Shown: piece by piece, positions 37,109-50,000 of the stretch
Numbering within the stretch: position 1 is the first letter of the stretch
Layout: each line of letters opens with the position of its first letter
Origin: Catajapyx aquilonaris
Lineage: Eukaryota
Direction: 5' to 3'
DNA: 62,228 bases
Assembly: GCA_000934665.2 (NCBI GenBank)
Contig: JYFJ02002161.1
Span: 1 to 62,228 of the forward strand
Notes under the pieces: generated by a model
The model's input: only the letters and a program-made list of their open reading frames with translations
What the model was told of the DNA's origin: nothing
The model's database searches: none
Made by a program: the position numbers and the translations under genes

Positions 37109-38015
37109 GACATCTGACTGCAGACTTATTTGCATCCAGGAACTAACCTTATGTGGTTGCTGCAACACAAGACCGTGCTCCAATGGCAGCCTGCAAGAAT
37201 GATCTACAGCCACATGTGTCACGGAGGGAAAAAAATCAGATCAATAATATATTCAACACTATATATTTCTTTTCTCATCCAAGAAAAATTGGTGAGGGGG
37301 TATTCCATACCAAACGTCCTCCACATAACAATCATATCATCAGCACTAGGTCACGTCCAACTGACTTTCATTTATACATCAAATATAAACTATCATAGCA
37401 CCGGTATTACATTCATTGCGATCCCCAATATTGTGACTCATTGCTATAAAATTTGCACCTTCCCACACATCTGCTTTCCTTCTAGATAAGTACTAAATAC
37501 GTAATTAAGTGGGGAGTTGTGATGCATGTGGTGTGGCCGCCTCTTCAATATAGATTTCATGACTTTTTACAACTGCTACGAAATAACATCATGCCCAAGT
37601 GCTGTTACGCAAGGTTGAAATCTATAAGCACTTTGGCAGCAACTGCATTGAGATGCAACGCAAAAATCAGAAACGAGTCATTGTGGCACCCAGATGCACA
37701 ATATATTTGGCACTTTAAACCCTACCCCTCTTAGTAAGCTTCTAACGATACGGTACATGCAAATCACATGGTAGGACATAACTATGTACACAAGCTGTAG
37801 TAAAACGGACGCCATGTTGAACAACAACAAATAAACTGACTGGAAGGAAAGCAGAGGTGTAATCAACCAATAATTTTTCTGTAAAATATTGCGCACCTCT
37901 AACCCCCCCTCCCCAACTTCCGTACTCATAACTTCCTTCACAAAAAAAAAATAATTAAAAATTAAACGGAAAAAAAAAGTGTGAGAGAGGCTTCATTTTC
38001 CTGGGACATCACAAT

Positions 38016-41000
38016 TCAAAAGTCCCTGTCCCATCCTGACACATCATCTGCTGGAATCCCTTCCTTGTCTGGGGGGTACTCATCAAAGTTGGACGTGTCA
38101 GTGGGGCCTCTTACATGAGGCGTTATGGGTGGAGCGAGAGTGCGGGTGCGGAGGCCTTCCCAGTTGAATCCATCAAACCACTTGTGCTTCTTTATGTCAC
38201 TAATGCCTCCCTTCTGGTTGCCAAGACGTTCTGCAGGATTGTCCCTGGAGAGGTTAAAATATGGGGTAAGAAAGAGTCCCTAATACACCAAAAAAGATTA
38301 TTCATTTCTTCTTTACCTGCACAACTTCTTGATGAGAGCTGTTGCATTCCTCGATATGGACCTTGGAAATTGCACTGCATCTATCCCCTTTAGAATAATG
38401 TTGTAGGTCTTCATGGGGTCAGGGCCAGTGAATGGCGGTGTTCCAGTCAAAAGCTCAAACATGAGCACTCCCAGAGACCAATAGTCTGCACTGATATCAT
38501 GTCCCTTGTTGAGTATGACCTCAGGAGCCACATACTCTGGAGTGCCGCAGAAGGTCCATGTTTTACGTCCACCCTGCAGTCGCTTTGCGAACCCAAAATC
38601 CACGAGTTTGACATATCCCTGTGAGTCCAGCAAGAGGTTCTCAGGCTTCAGGTCGCGGTATATCACATTGCGGGAGTGGAGGTAGTCAAATGCTTCCACC
38701 ACACAGCCAGTGTAAAATCTGGAAAGGATAAACACAAATGAAGTTAGTGCATGTGATCAAATAAGAATGTGTAGACCCTAGTTGTACCTCGTACACACTG
38801 CAATAATAATCAAGAACCCATCGAAACTCTTGCCATGTGAAACTCCTCTGTACAACCCAGGAGTCAAACATAGGACGACAGTGCATTTTTGCAAACCTAA
38901 GTCTGTAGAACCTAATTGAGTTTCGCTTTTTCATCAAGAATTATGAACAAATCCCACTAAGATTTTTGGCAGATGGAAGAAAAACAAATCCTGGACAAAA
39001 TCCCTTGACAGGCTTGATGCCAACTTCTTCCTTGCATGGCAATTTTATGTGCCACTCATATCCATTTTTTCACTTCGATTCCTAGTCTGGTAAAGTTATA
39101 AAATGGTCAGAGTTTTCCTTACTGAGGGACTGAAAAAAATGCTGCACTCTGTTTCTTATCACTGTAATTTGCGCTTGAGGGGGTAGTGTTGCAATGGTAT
39201 TACATAAGTGTAACAATAAAGAAACCTGTTTAACCCTTGACTCCCATGTGTGTATTACAATACTCATCAGGAAAAATTTCCCTTCTCCTACAGTATATGA
39301 AGGTCCAAAAAACTTTTGCATTTATGATGTCACATGTGAAGAGAGTAATAAGTATTGTAGCGTACTCAAGCTAGACACTTCTTTCGAATTGTTATTGGGA
39401 GTTTTAAAAATTTGTGGAGTGAATTTCAACTCAAAACAGAGGTATGTGTGGTTCTTCTAATTACCATATATTTGCAAGGGCTTTCTTGAGGTTCTCTCAT
39501 TCATTACTCCCACAGTCCAAAAATCTCTCTTCCCCTCTCACCCTCCCTATGCCAGATACCGTGTAACTGAAGACATCACTTGCCAAGGGGCCCAACTCCC
39601 AAAATTTCTCAAAACCGTTTTATTGTGGATTCCTCCACTTAGAGTCGGGCCTCACAGCCCTGGTGAAGATGAAGGGCCCAAATCGACCAGAACTGCCTTA
39701 AAATTGAATCATAAACTGCAAAACTCCATATGGAGCAATGAAGCATACATGTCTCTTTCTATTTTTCTCTCCTGAAAACTTTCACCCTTTGGCAAGTGAT
39801 GTCTTCAATTTCTTTGGCTCCCGCAATATGTAAAACTTAATTATTATGTTCCTGTGAGTCCATCTCAGTTGTAAGGTTTGTTCTCAAGTCTAAGCTATGC
39901 CTGAAGCCAGAAAAACACATTTCATTGAAATAAATGAGCACCTAGTGGTGGCATCATCAAAGCTTCCTCGGTCCCTCAGAATGGTCCACAGTTCTCCTCC
40001 AAGGCAGGCCTCCATGAGCATGTAGAGGTACTTCCTGTCCCGGAACGTCTTGTACAGCTTCACGATGAAGGGGCAGTCTGATTCAGCCACGATTTCCTTT
40101 TCAGACACTATGTGCAGCTGTTGGCGAGTCTCAACTATCTGACTTTTCTTCATCTGCTTCAGGGCAAACGAACGACCAGGATCTGTGGCAAATTGAACCA
40201 GTTCCACCCGCCCAAATCCACCTACGCCCAGGGTTGACACGATGCGCAGGTCACTCAGCTTCACAGTTGCAAACTCTTCATCCAGTCTGGAAAAGAAGTA
40301 CATCATATTTCAACAGGTGATTTAACTAAAAATAGTGCATTTGACAATTGAGACTAGTCATGTATAACACCTAAAAAGTTGGGGATCACAGAGATTGAAG
40401 GCATAGATTCAGCTAGAAGGTTTATCCTTGCTATTAATTTGTACCACAGGATAGAAGGCTTATCATCAAAATGATTTGTTGGTAACATGTTGATGATAAA
40501 CCTTCAGTTCAATTTCAAACCCTGCCAACATATGTCTTATCACACATCCTGTTAAAATATAACCTTATTTCAGTTGAATGTATGGCAAGGTTAAACTGGG
40601 TTAGAACACAATAAGTGACTTTTAAAAACAATTCACTTCAAAATCAATTTTTAAAAATATTTGCTCCACTGGCTGAAATGGCGTCACTAAAACATCGGCC
40701 TTAAAATGCAATAAAACTCCAAGAAACCAAACGGGATATCTAAATAATTACAAAAATGCTAAGCTAATCAGTTATGTAAGACATCTCTATTCCTGGAAGT
40801 GTTTACAGTTACTTCCTCTGCTTATACATACTTCTGTCATAGCTCATTAACTGTAAGTGTAATGCAATTGGTTATCTAATAACTTGTACTGTGCCAAATG
40901 ACTCAAGGAAAAAGTTTTTTTTCTTATTGTTGTTTACAGCTTTCTTGTACAAAACATTAACGCAGTCCTGATAGTTTGAATCACAATTCTGGATAATAAG

Positions 41001-44000
41001 AACTAACCAATGTGTAGTGTACAGATAAATGACAATGTGACAAAATCATTTATGAGATCTCAAGTGTGGTAATTTAATATGCTGGAATGCATTTTTGTGA
41101 ATAATTTTGATAGCCTTTATTACGTGTCAGTATCATGTATAAACTTACCAGTTCATCGTAGTAATCCAAATTGCAGACTGTTAGAAGAAGTGATAGCATT
41201 CAAGTTTAAATATGCATGATAATCTACATGTACTAATGTTATTTTCAGGTTAGTTACATGCCATTTAAAGTCATTAAAAAAATAGAATAACATAATGATA
41301 CCTTCTACGTTCGACATTCTCATCAACATATCTGGTTCGTATCTCATCCAGCCCAGATATGAGTTGGTTGAAGCTCTCTCTGTCAATCACCAGGCAGGTG
41401 ACCCCATCTGGATCATCTGCCACGATATTTGCAGTCCTCAGGTCATCCCCTTGGAGGGCTTTCTCCCCAAAGAAGTCCCCCTTGTGGAGGAGCCGGATGA
41501 ACTTCTCTCCTCCACCAGCACTAAATCCACTTATTCCGGCAGGTGTGTCATGGACTCCAGGTGATGTGGGTGGCGCATCCTCCTTCATAGTCACTTTCAC
41601 TCGACCCTTGCTGATGATGAAGAACGTATCTCCTCTGGCACCTTGACGCACTATATAGTCACCCAGGTTGTAGAATGTTTCCTCCAAGACATCTGCTATT
41701 TTGATCAAGGTTTCCTCTGACAGATTCTTGAAAATGGGCACACTGAAATGAAGATTTTGTTACCAACCTTGTCACTATTCAGTAACTGTACAGTAATACT
41801 ACTTGCCTAAAAGTTACTTGTATGCTGTACATAAATCAAGTGAAAAAGTCAATGTACCGTACATGAAAGTTTACTGTGGTTTAATATATCATCAGCCTTT
41901 ACCTCAGAAGGCAAAATTAAGTACCACTTAAGAAAGTTCAAGGACGAGGTCCAAGTGACTTCTAGAATGCAGCACTACACAACTTAAGATTAACAGGTTG
42001 AAATAGTACTGAAGTACGAATCACAACAAGAAAAGTATTGATGTAAGTGGATAATGCATCAAATTACAATCATCATAATATTGGTGCTGAAGTACTACTA
42101 GGATCACATGTAAACACTGCAGCTGCAGTCAATAGCTTTACTGCGCATGCCACTTGCGCCATTGAACTTGAGTGCCCAATTAAATTACTCCTCCCCTCCA
42201 CCCCATCCCTTTTGTTTACCTCTTGAGGAAGTCCGTATATTCCGCCTGGCGAATGAGGCCAGTGCGCATCATAATGGTCTGGAAGCATTGTCTCTCGATT
42301 GCCCATAGCTTGCAGTCGGTGGCAGCCTTGATGGTGGCAGTGCGCTTGCAGTTGTACAATATGGCCAGTTCTCCAAACACCTTTCCAGGGGCAAGGCTGC
42401 TCAGGAACCTGCCCTCTCGAGACACCTCCACCTTGCCCTCTGAAACCATATAATTGCAATTATTATTTAACCAACAACAAGAAATAGTAAAGCGAGGTGA
42501 TATGTTAAAATATGCTCATAAAAATGTGGTCATGGCTGGATTGGCATGGGAAAGTGGGTCGATGGGAAAAATATTCTCGGTTGAATCACTTCTGGATAGT
42601 GGTTTCGGTGAAGAATTACAGACTTTTCCCCCCGTCTCCACCTCTTTAAAAACCAAAAAGGTGCTGTGGCCAGAAATAAATGGAAATGGCACATATGCAA
42701 AGGATTATGAGAAAAAAGCTATTGAATTGATGGGGGAAAGTTCTTGGAAACACTTTTTGCAGGCTATAAATAAGTCTTGGGCATTCGAGGGTAAAATGGG
42801 TTTAAAGCAATAACATTCAAAATTTATGAGTTACCCAGGCATAGTAATTTAAGAGATACTCGTATTATGTTGCATTACACTTGTTGGACTATGTGATTTA
42901 TTTTTCTCATTGTAATCATTAGTTAGCATGTTCTTTGTGTACTCGTTAGAGTTTTAGAGGAATGTGCCTTTTCAACATTGCTATAGATACAATACATATG
43001 AAATCATTTGCGGTACTTCAAGTTAAAAACACTGCAACACAACTCATGCAGATTTAAAATGTGTAAAGATCAATAGGGATACATCAACATCATTTTATCA
43101 TCCCTGATAGTGTTCACCATTGATTGCCTCTAATTGAAGAAAACTCTTTTCATGCTGCCTATTTCAAGGTCTGCAGAAATGGTGCCATACTTTCCTTTCC
43201 TAGCAATTTCAGAGAATGGCTCCATTTACTGTCTCTGCCAGCCAACCTGCTTGGTGTCCATAAAGACGAGTCAAATGTCAAAATGCACTAGAAACTTGCT
43301 GAAGGCTAGTTGCTACATTTCCAGTGATTTCATCACATGCAGCATTTTAACAATCTCACCAGATATTCTGGTTAGGAACAATATTCAGGTGTGCCTCAAG
43401 GCTCTGAGGAACACATGAAAAATTGACATCTGACACCAAAAAAGGATCATGTAAGATAGCCCAGCCCTTGCATGGGAATCTTGTAGAGAAAAATTGATAT
43501 ACACAGTGAAGTATTACTTACACATGTGAGTGTAAGGCAGATTATTGTTGTACTTGTGTTATCAGCACAATAACTGGTTGACTGCTCCAGTAAAAAAAAA
43601 AAAAAAACTTCCGCCCCATGTCCTTCACCATTTCCTTCATTAGTCGCCCAAGTCTTTCCATAAACATATATCTCACAGTACAAGTACTGGATATGTTTGA
43701 GGTAGGATTCCGAATCTGAATTCCTGCTGGATCGACTGTTTCTCTGGTGGCAACCACATTGTGTGCATATGCACAAGACCTTGCAGAAATCTCGAGTTTT
43801 TTCTTCCTTCATTTATTTACAACCATGTCCGCGTATACGGTCCACTGGCTTTACTTTCATTCGATTTTTTTCTCGGACATTTGCTAGAAAAAGCATGTCG
43901 ACTGGACAGCAGCAGCTACTTGTTTATAGTAGTTACAAAACAGACAAGTTACTTCAACTGCCCTTAATAAAACGGGCTAAAATTACAATATTTGATAACC

Positions 44001-47000
44001 ATAACGCATCCTCCACCTTTCACTTGTGAAAGGTGCTCTGATGCTTGAGAAAGCCATTTTAAAAATGCATTCTTCTCACCATTTCTTCCCACTCATCACG
44101 CAAGGAACGAGCAATGGAAAACGCCTCTACATAGGCCTCTACTGCATTGTAATATCTATATACCGGTACCGGTAGTACTGTATTCGACCTCGCCCATTGC
44201 ATTCCTGAAAAGTCTATGGGTCCGGCAGATATAGTCTAATACGTTGCATTTCCGCCTCTCAACAATGATTCACAGAATGCTAATGATAGCAGTTATTACG
44301 TTTCAAAAGAAAAGTCTGCTTTTTAAGTTCCTGCAACTGAAGGCCACTCTTCCTGAATCATCGAGGTAAATCCCCCTCTAATCTGGTAGTAATCCTTCAA
44401 CATCAATCGACTCTACGACAACAATCTTCTCCCAGTGGGCCCAGCTGGTAGAAAACAAGCGTTTAAAGGCAAGAATGGCCGTGACGCCTAGGGCCCAGAA
44501 CAGCGTGACAAAGGTGAATCAAGATGGAGGAAAGGGCGTGCATGACTATGGACGCCGGTGGAGGGAGAACGAGGCCCGGATGTTGAACGTTCCCAAAAGG
44601 GGGCCAGGAAGCGGCCAAGTGGGACTGGGTCAGGGCACTCAGCTTACATATCCAACCAGCCCCAGCCAGGCCTCCTTGCCTACTAACTAACTAACCACTC
44701 CGTTTGTTTCCTTGGGCCTTGTGGCTTGGGTTTTCTTCCTTCCTTCCTCAATCGTCCTTGGATACCTTTCTCTTTCGGACGTCTAATTTCCTAACGGGAG
44801 CAGCCAACCTTACCCACTGGTTGGCCCTCAACACAACCAGAAATGACTGGGAGGGAGGCATGTAATCGCTCTTGTAATGCCCGGGAACATCACGATTCAG
44901 GTCGACCACCATTGTTGCCTGCATAATCCGGAGCACGGAAATTGTTTCTTCCACTTTGCATGCTAAGGACGGGCCGCTTGGTCAGGAACTTCTGATTCGA
45001 TTTTTGTGAGAGGTACGCGCGATCACGAATAAATGTCACCGTCATCAAGTCCGGGTTCTTCTCACAGAAAAATTTGATATGCCTGGCTGAAAAAATGTCA
45101 ATTTTCATGAAGCAATATCTTGCACAACATTGTGTGCCTCATTTGAAATATACGTAGGTTACGATGCAGGTAGTTTCGAGAGTTCTGGATCTACCAGGAA
45201 AATGTCACTGTTGCACTTCGGGCTGATTGGTCGAATCATCCGTGTGCACAATCTGAGCCACCCATTAACTGGTTTTAAGTAATACTTCCTACAATTTTGA
45301 TGTGGTGCACTGAAATTACATATAGTCGTCAGTGTTCTGACATAATTTCAGATCGTATACATTAATATTAATGTATGCCACTCGACAGTTGTAGTGCCAT
45401 ACAAACATAAATAATTTTGACCTACAATAGATAACTGGACATAATCACCAGAGATGGAGTTATCTCAATCTCTATCGTTAATAATTTCCTCTGGGTCTTT
45501 CATCATGGGCGAGGAACGATTGTAATTGCGCTTTAAATTCAACTCGACATCAATATTAACTATAAATGACGTCTCGATAGATGTAAAGGAAATGGATTAC
45601 TCGTCATAAAACTTACACATATAGCAAAGAGTAATCAATTTCTCACAGATTAGGGCAAATGGACAAAACACTGCAGCAGAAAACATTCACATTTGGTACG
45701 ATAAATAATGTGTTTATAAAATAATTTAGCAGCTTCTTGTCATTTACAATAGCTGAAAAGGTCTTTCGATCATGCGATCTGTGACATCTGAGGTAAACAC
45801 CTATCATTACTGTGGCTTACATGCCCTAGTTTGAATTCCCCCCCCCCNNCCCCCCCCCCCCCCCATATACCGTATTGAAATGTGGAATGTTGCCAAAAGT
45901 GTGGATCTTACCGATAATTATCTAGAACATCGGAGTTACTGGCAGGATTACGCGACTAATGACTCGTCACCGGGGCTGGAGTGTAACCGGATTTGGAATA
46001 AATTTGGGTTTTCAGGGCACAACTCAATGGTGCTTTTAATGTCAACATGTCATACAGGCTGTCTCCATAAAGACACTAGTATAATATTAATAGCTTTCTT
46101 TAGAATAGCTACCGGAATTATTATTATTACTATAATAATAACACCACTGTTTCCCACCAAATTGTGTAACTTCCACTTTTGCAGTCAAAATAAACTCATT
46201 AAAATAGTTCACCGTGCACCTCCAGCGTTGTTTCGTGATAAGATATTGTTGTAGAGTTGATGAAATTGTTGATATGAATTTCTTAATGCAATGCCATTAA
46301 CTTGCTGCAAATAGTTACGTAAACTTGTTTACTTGCAACCTTGGCATATATTTTGAAATGCAAAATAAGTTACTAGCGTAAGTCACTGCGTCATACAAGA
46401 AAAATACTGTAGTGAGTCTACCCCGATTAAATCTTCGCGCTTACGATGTAAATATTTTTGCTGGATGATACCTTGCTCAATAGGGCGAATTACAAATCCA
46501 GCTTCAATATTCTCAGGCTTAAATTTAAAAAAATTATTTCAATAGCCACGCAATTACTTTATAACTTCTCAATGCCACATGAACCTATATAAAAAGCCAA
46601 CCATTTCCCCCTTCTAAAATTGATATCTATATAATTTCCCTTCACCTCAGGCGTTGCTGCAACCAAATCAGAAAACACCATCCAAGTAACACGAGCTTGG
46701 CATACCAAACAAATTTCCCACACCTATTAATTTAAACGGCGACCATCGCGTTTTCCAACTCGACATTAAATTTAAAAAAAACTATCCCAACAACAAATTA
46801 GAAAACCCCCGTATCTCTAGGCCTAATCAGACCGCAACGGAAGCAATCACGATCGAATGAAGCTATCCCACGACTATTTTGCGACGTTGATCAACTCGAA
46901 TGGTGCCTTAGGCTATGGCAAATAAGTGGCCTGCTTCTAGTTTCGCGACGGAAAGTGAAAGCAAGGAACAGTTGGCCGCCAGATTAAAAAAACACCCCGC

Positions 47001-50000
47001 CCAGCACAACACCCCCTGCAGGCTTGGCCAAAAAGAAAAAAAGAGAGAATGAACAAGAAAGATGAAGATGGAGGAGGAGAAAAAAAAAACTGGCCCACTT
47101 GCAATTCCACATGAGCTTGTTACGCTCCATTCTCAGGGAAAGTATAGGAAAAGCATGTATTTTGACCTCTAACCCTTGTTTGCCCGCTGGTTCTTTCTTA
47201 CCAGGCGGTAACCATGAGAGAGAGAGCGAATCGTGGAAGATACACCCAGTGTGATGCAAATATTGCAAAAAAAAAAAAAGCAGTGAATCCATCACAAAAA
47301 TCACACATCTGCTCATATGTTACACTACTGTGCACAGAGAAACAATGAGCAATCAGAGTCATAACTATTACATGCTCTCCATAACACCACCTAGCCATTC
47401 ACTTCCGTAATCTTGTCAAAATTAGGATGCTGACACGAGATAAAATTTCCTCAGGGGAATCTTCCACGCTCAAAAATGGGAACAATGCGATATGTGTACT
47501 TGTAAGAAGGTCAAGTTTACGGGTGAAGGGAAAACAAAATGCAATGAATACATCCTTTGTCTTCACACTTGGTCGGAATCCGATACTGGTACACTTATGG
47601 AAATTCTTAAACAAAATTCCACTTCGCTTGGTTTAATAAGGCGATCATTGTTGCATGGTATATCTTGAGCCCCCCCAAAGGGGATGTAATATTTGTACCA
47701 TTTTCTCCTCCAGTGAGAAAGAAAAGTGCACTTAAGGGATGAAAACATCATCGAAGACCCACATTTAAGCTGGGCGTGGATACAACCCGTCAAAACAAAA
47801 TTAGAGAGTAACTTCCTCTCTATATTTTTTATTATTATCATCATACTGATGCTTACAGAGCTGAAAAGCGTATTTTCAGGTTAGCGTTTCCGGTCCTCAA
47901 CCTTCAAGCAATATTTTGAATCACTTTTAAATGTCCTGAGAGCAAGGTCGGTGCATTCAGGCGTGGTTCTTGCCTTATATTTTTTTCCCCCAACCCTTTC
48001 CACTGTTCGAATTTATGGCGTAATTAAAGCTCAAGCTGGACACTGACAATGAGACATAAGTGAACCTAAAATTTTAGAAAGGGCATGATAATATTAAATA
48101 CATATTTTGGCCTTTCCTGAAATGCTTCGCGTTTTGCTCACACATGACGTCATTGTGAATGTGGAGGATTGACGGCTTACTGAAAGGTCTGGAGGCTCGA
48201 TCCCAGGCTCCGACTTTCCTTTTTCATTCGTAAAGACTGGCCAAGGATTGCTATAACTAGGATGGAATTATCCTGGGGGAGTGATATTAAACTTATTAGG
48301 GCGTTGCGTTAATTATTTGAAAATGTATGTTGAAATAAAGCGAATATTAATAACCAATAAGTACTTCACGCATTACAATGTAATGTTCGAGTACGGTACA
48401 TTATTCGTGTCCAACAGCTTAACTCGCTCTTCACTTCCCGGCGAATAATTGGCAATTATCATCAGTGAAAGGCACATGATAAACAGAGAAATACATTGTT
48501 CTTGTCAGACTTGAAGCTGAAGTCGTCAGTCACTAGCGGTTCCAGCTGTCCAATTATGCTTTTAAGAACATTATGACGTCACTTCTCGAATTTATGCAGC
48601 AGCTGATAGTTACAGGACGGAGATCTAGTCTATACAGTGACAAACTTGTCCATTGATTCGGTTGTACCCGGATCCATTTACAGGCTATTTTTGGGAGACT
48701 AATGCAGTTTCCAGACATGCCAGTAACTCCCAGACTGTTTTCTTCTGACAGCCAGTGATTATTACGTCATATACATCGCAAACAACTGGAACAAACATGA
48801 CATCATCACTTCCAAGTGCCTGTGTCGTTTCTTGTTCTAAACAGGAGAAAGCAATGTGTCTGTCAGCCTAGGGTGACTCGGTGGGATTTAAATTTAGAGA
48901 ATTCCACGCACTGATGCTGAGTACCTCCCAGATGATGACACTGGGGAGTTAACAGTGAATCACGCCCTCCTCGGCCTCTGACACCAGCTGGGCATCAAAT
49001 GACATTCCACACACTGAGCTTGCATGGTATTCATATATGGGCAACTGCCCCACCGAATGTTCAGTAATTAAGCTCACATTAGCATCAGCAGAAGTGTCCC
49101 CCTCAAATTGGCGGACTCAGGAAGCCTTGACAACATTTTTACTGAGCTTAATTATGATACACAAGGTATTACACCACCGTATATCACACAGTCTCACAAC
49201 AATATATTAATCGGTATATGTTACACAAAATCAGGGTCAAACCTACAGTTTTGAAGTAGGCCATACGGAGCGTGAAACTGTGGCAAATAGGGTGCATCAA
49301 TTTGCGGCGGTTTCCTACTTATTGCCAGAAAAATCCGCATGACCTACTGCCAGGCACTGCCCTCGAAATCATATATCCGCGTTTATCCACAAAAAAATTA
49401 TAATAATTTGGCGACACGTACATCGGCTGTCAGTGATTCCTTGGTAACTTATCACCTCATCTTCATTGGTTAAAATAGTAACATTTCGAGTAGTTTTCGG
49501 CTCAATTTGAGTAATTATTCGTTCAAGCCTTGACAGGATTTTAGAGTGCTGATTTCACTCCATAGTTTAGTCCAATTCAATGACGTTTTGAGTAAGTTAG
49601 TGCAGCTAATTTCCTCCCGAATATCGCTCCAACGTTTAAAATTTTGGCTCACACTGGAGTTAAAATTTTAATGCAGGGTCTATTTAGTGATTGCACTAAT
49701 TTTCTCCCACCTCAATTTGTGTATTTTGTTTACATATAATTTGATGACTTTTGGAATTGAAAAGATTCACAAAAAATTTTATGGCGGTTGCATGACCAAT
49801 AGTAAATCCAAATGTTACTCGCAGGTGATTCCGGATTTACTGCATCAATCGTGCAACAGGTTCTTACAGAGCCCAGCAATCACTACAATCTTGGACTAGA
49901 CAGGCCCTGAAACCACACCAGCGTGTCACTTCCTAGTTATTCCCGACCGTCCGGGGGTCCACCCTATAAGAGAGACACTACCTACAAGGTCTCTGATCTG

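Noticed and set aside
48932..49016. C/D-box snoRNA-like ATGATGA ... CTGA
   Set aside because: On the strand opposite the host gene, with no convincing terminal stem or recognisable rRNA guide. Such motifs arise by chance.
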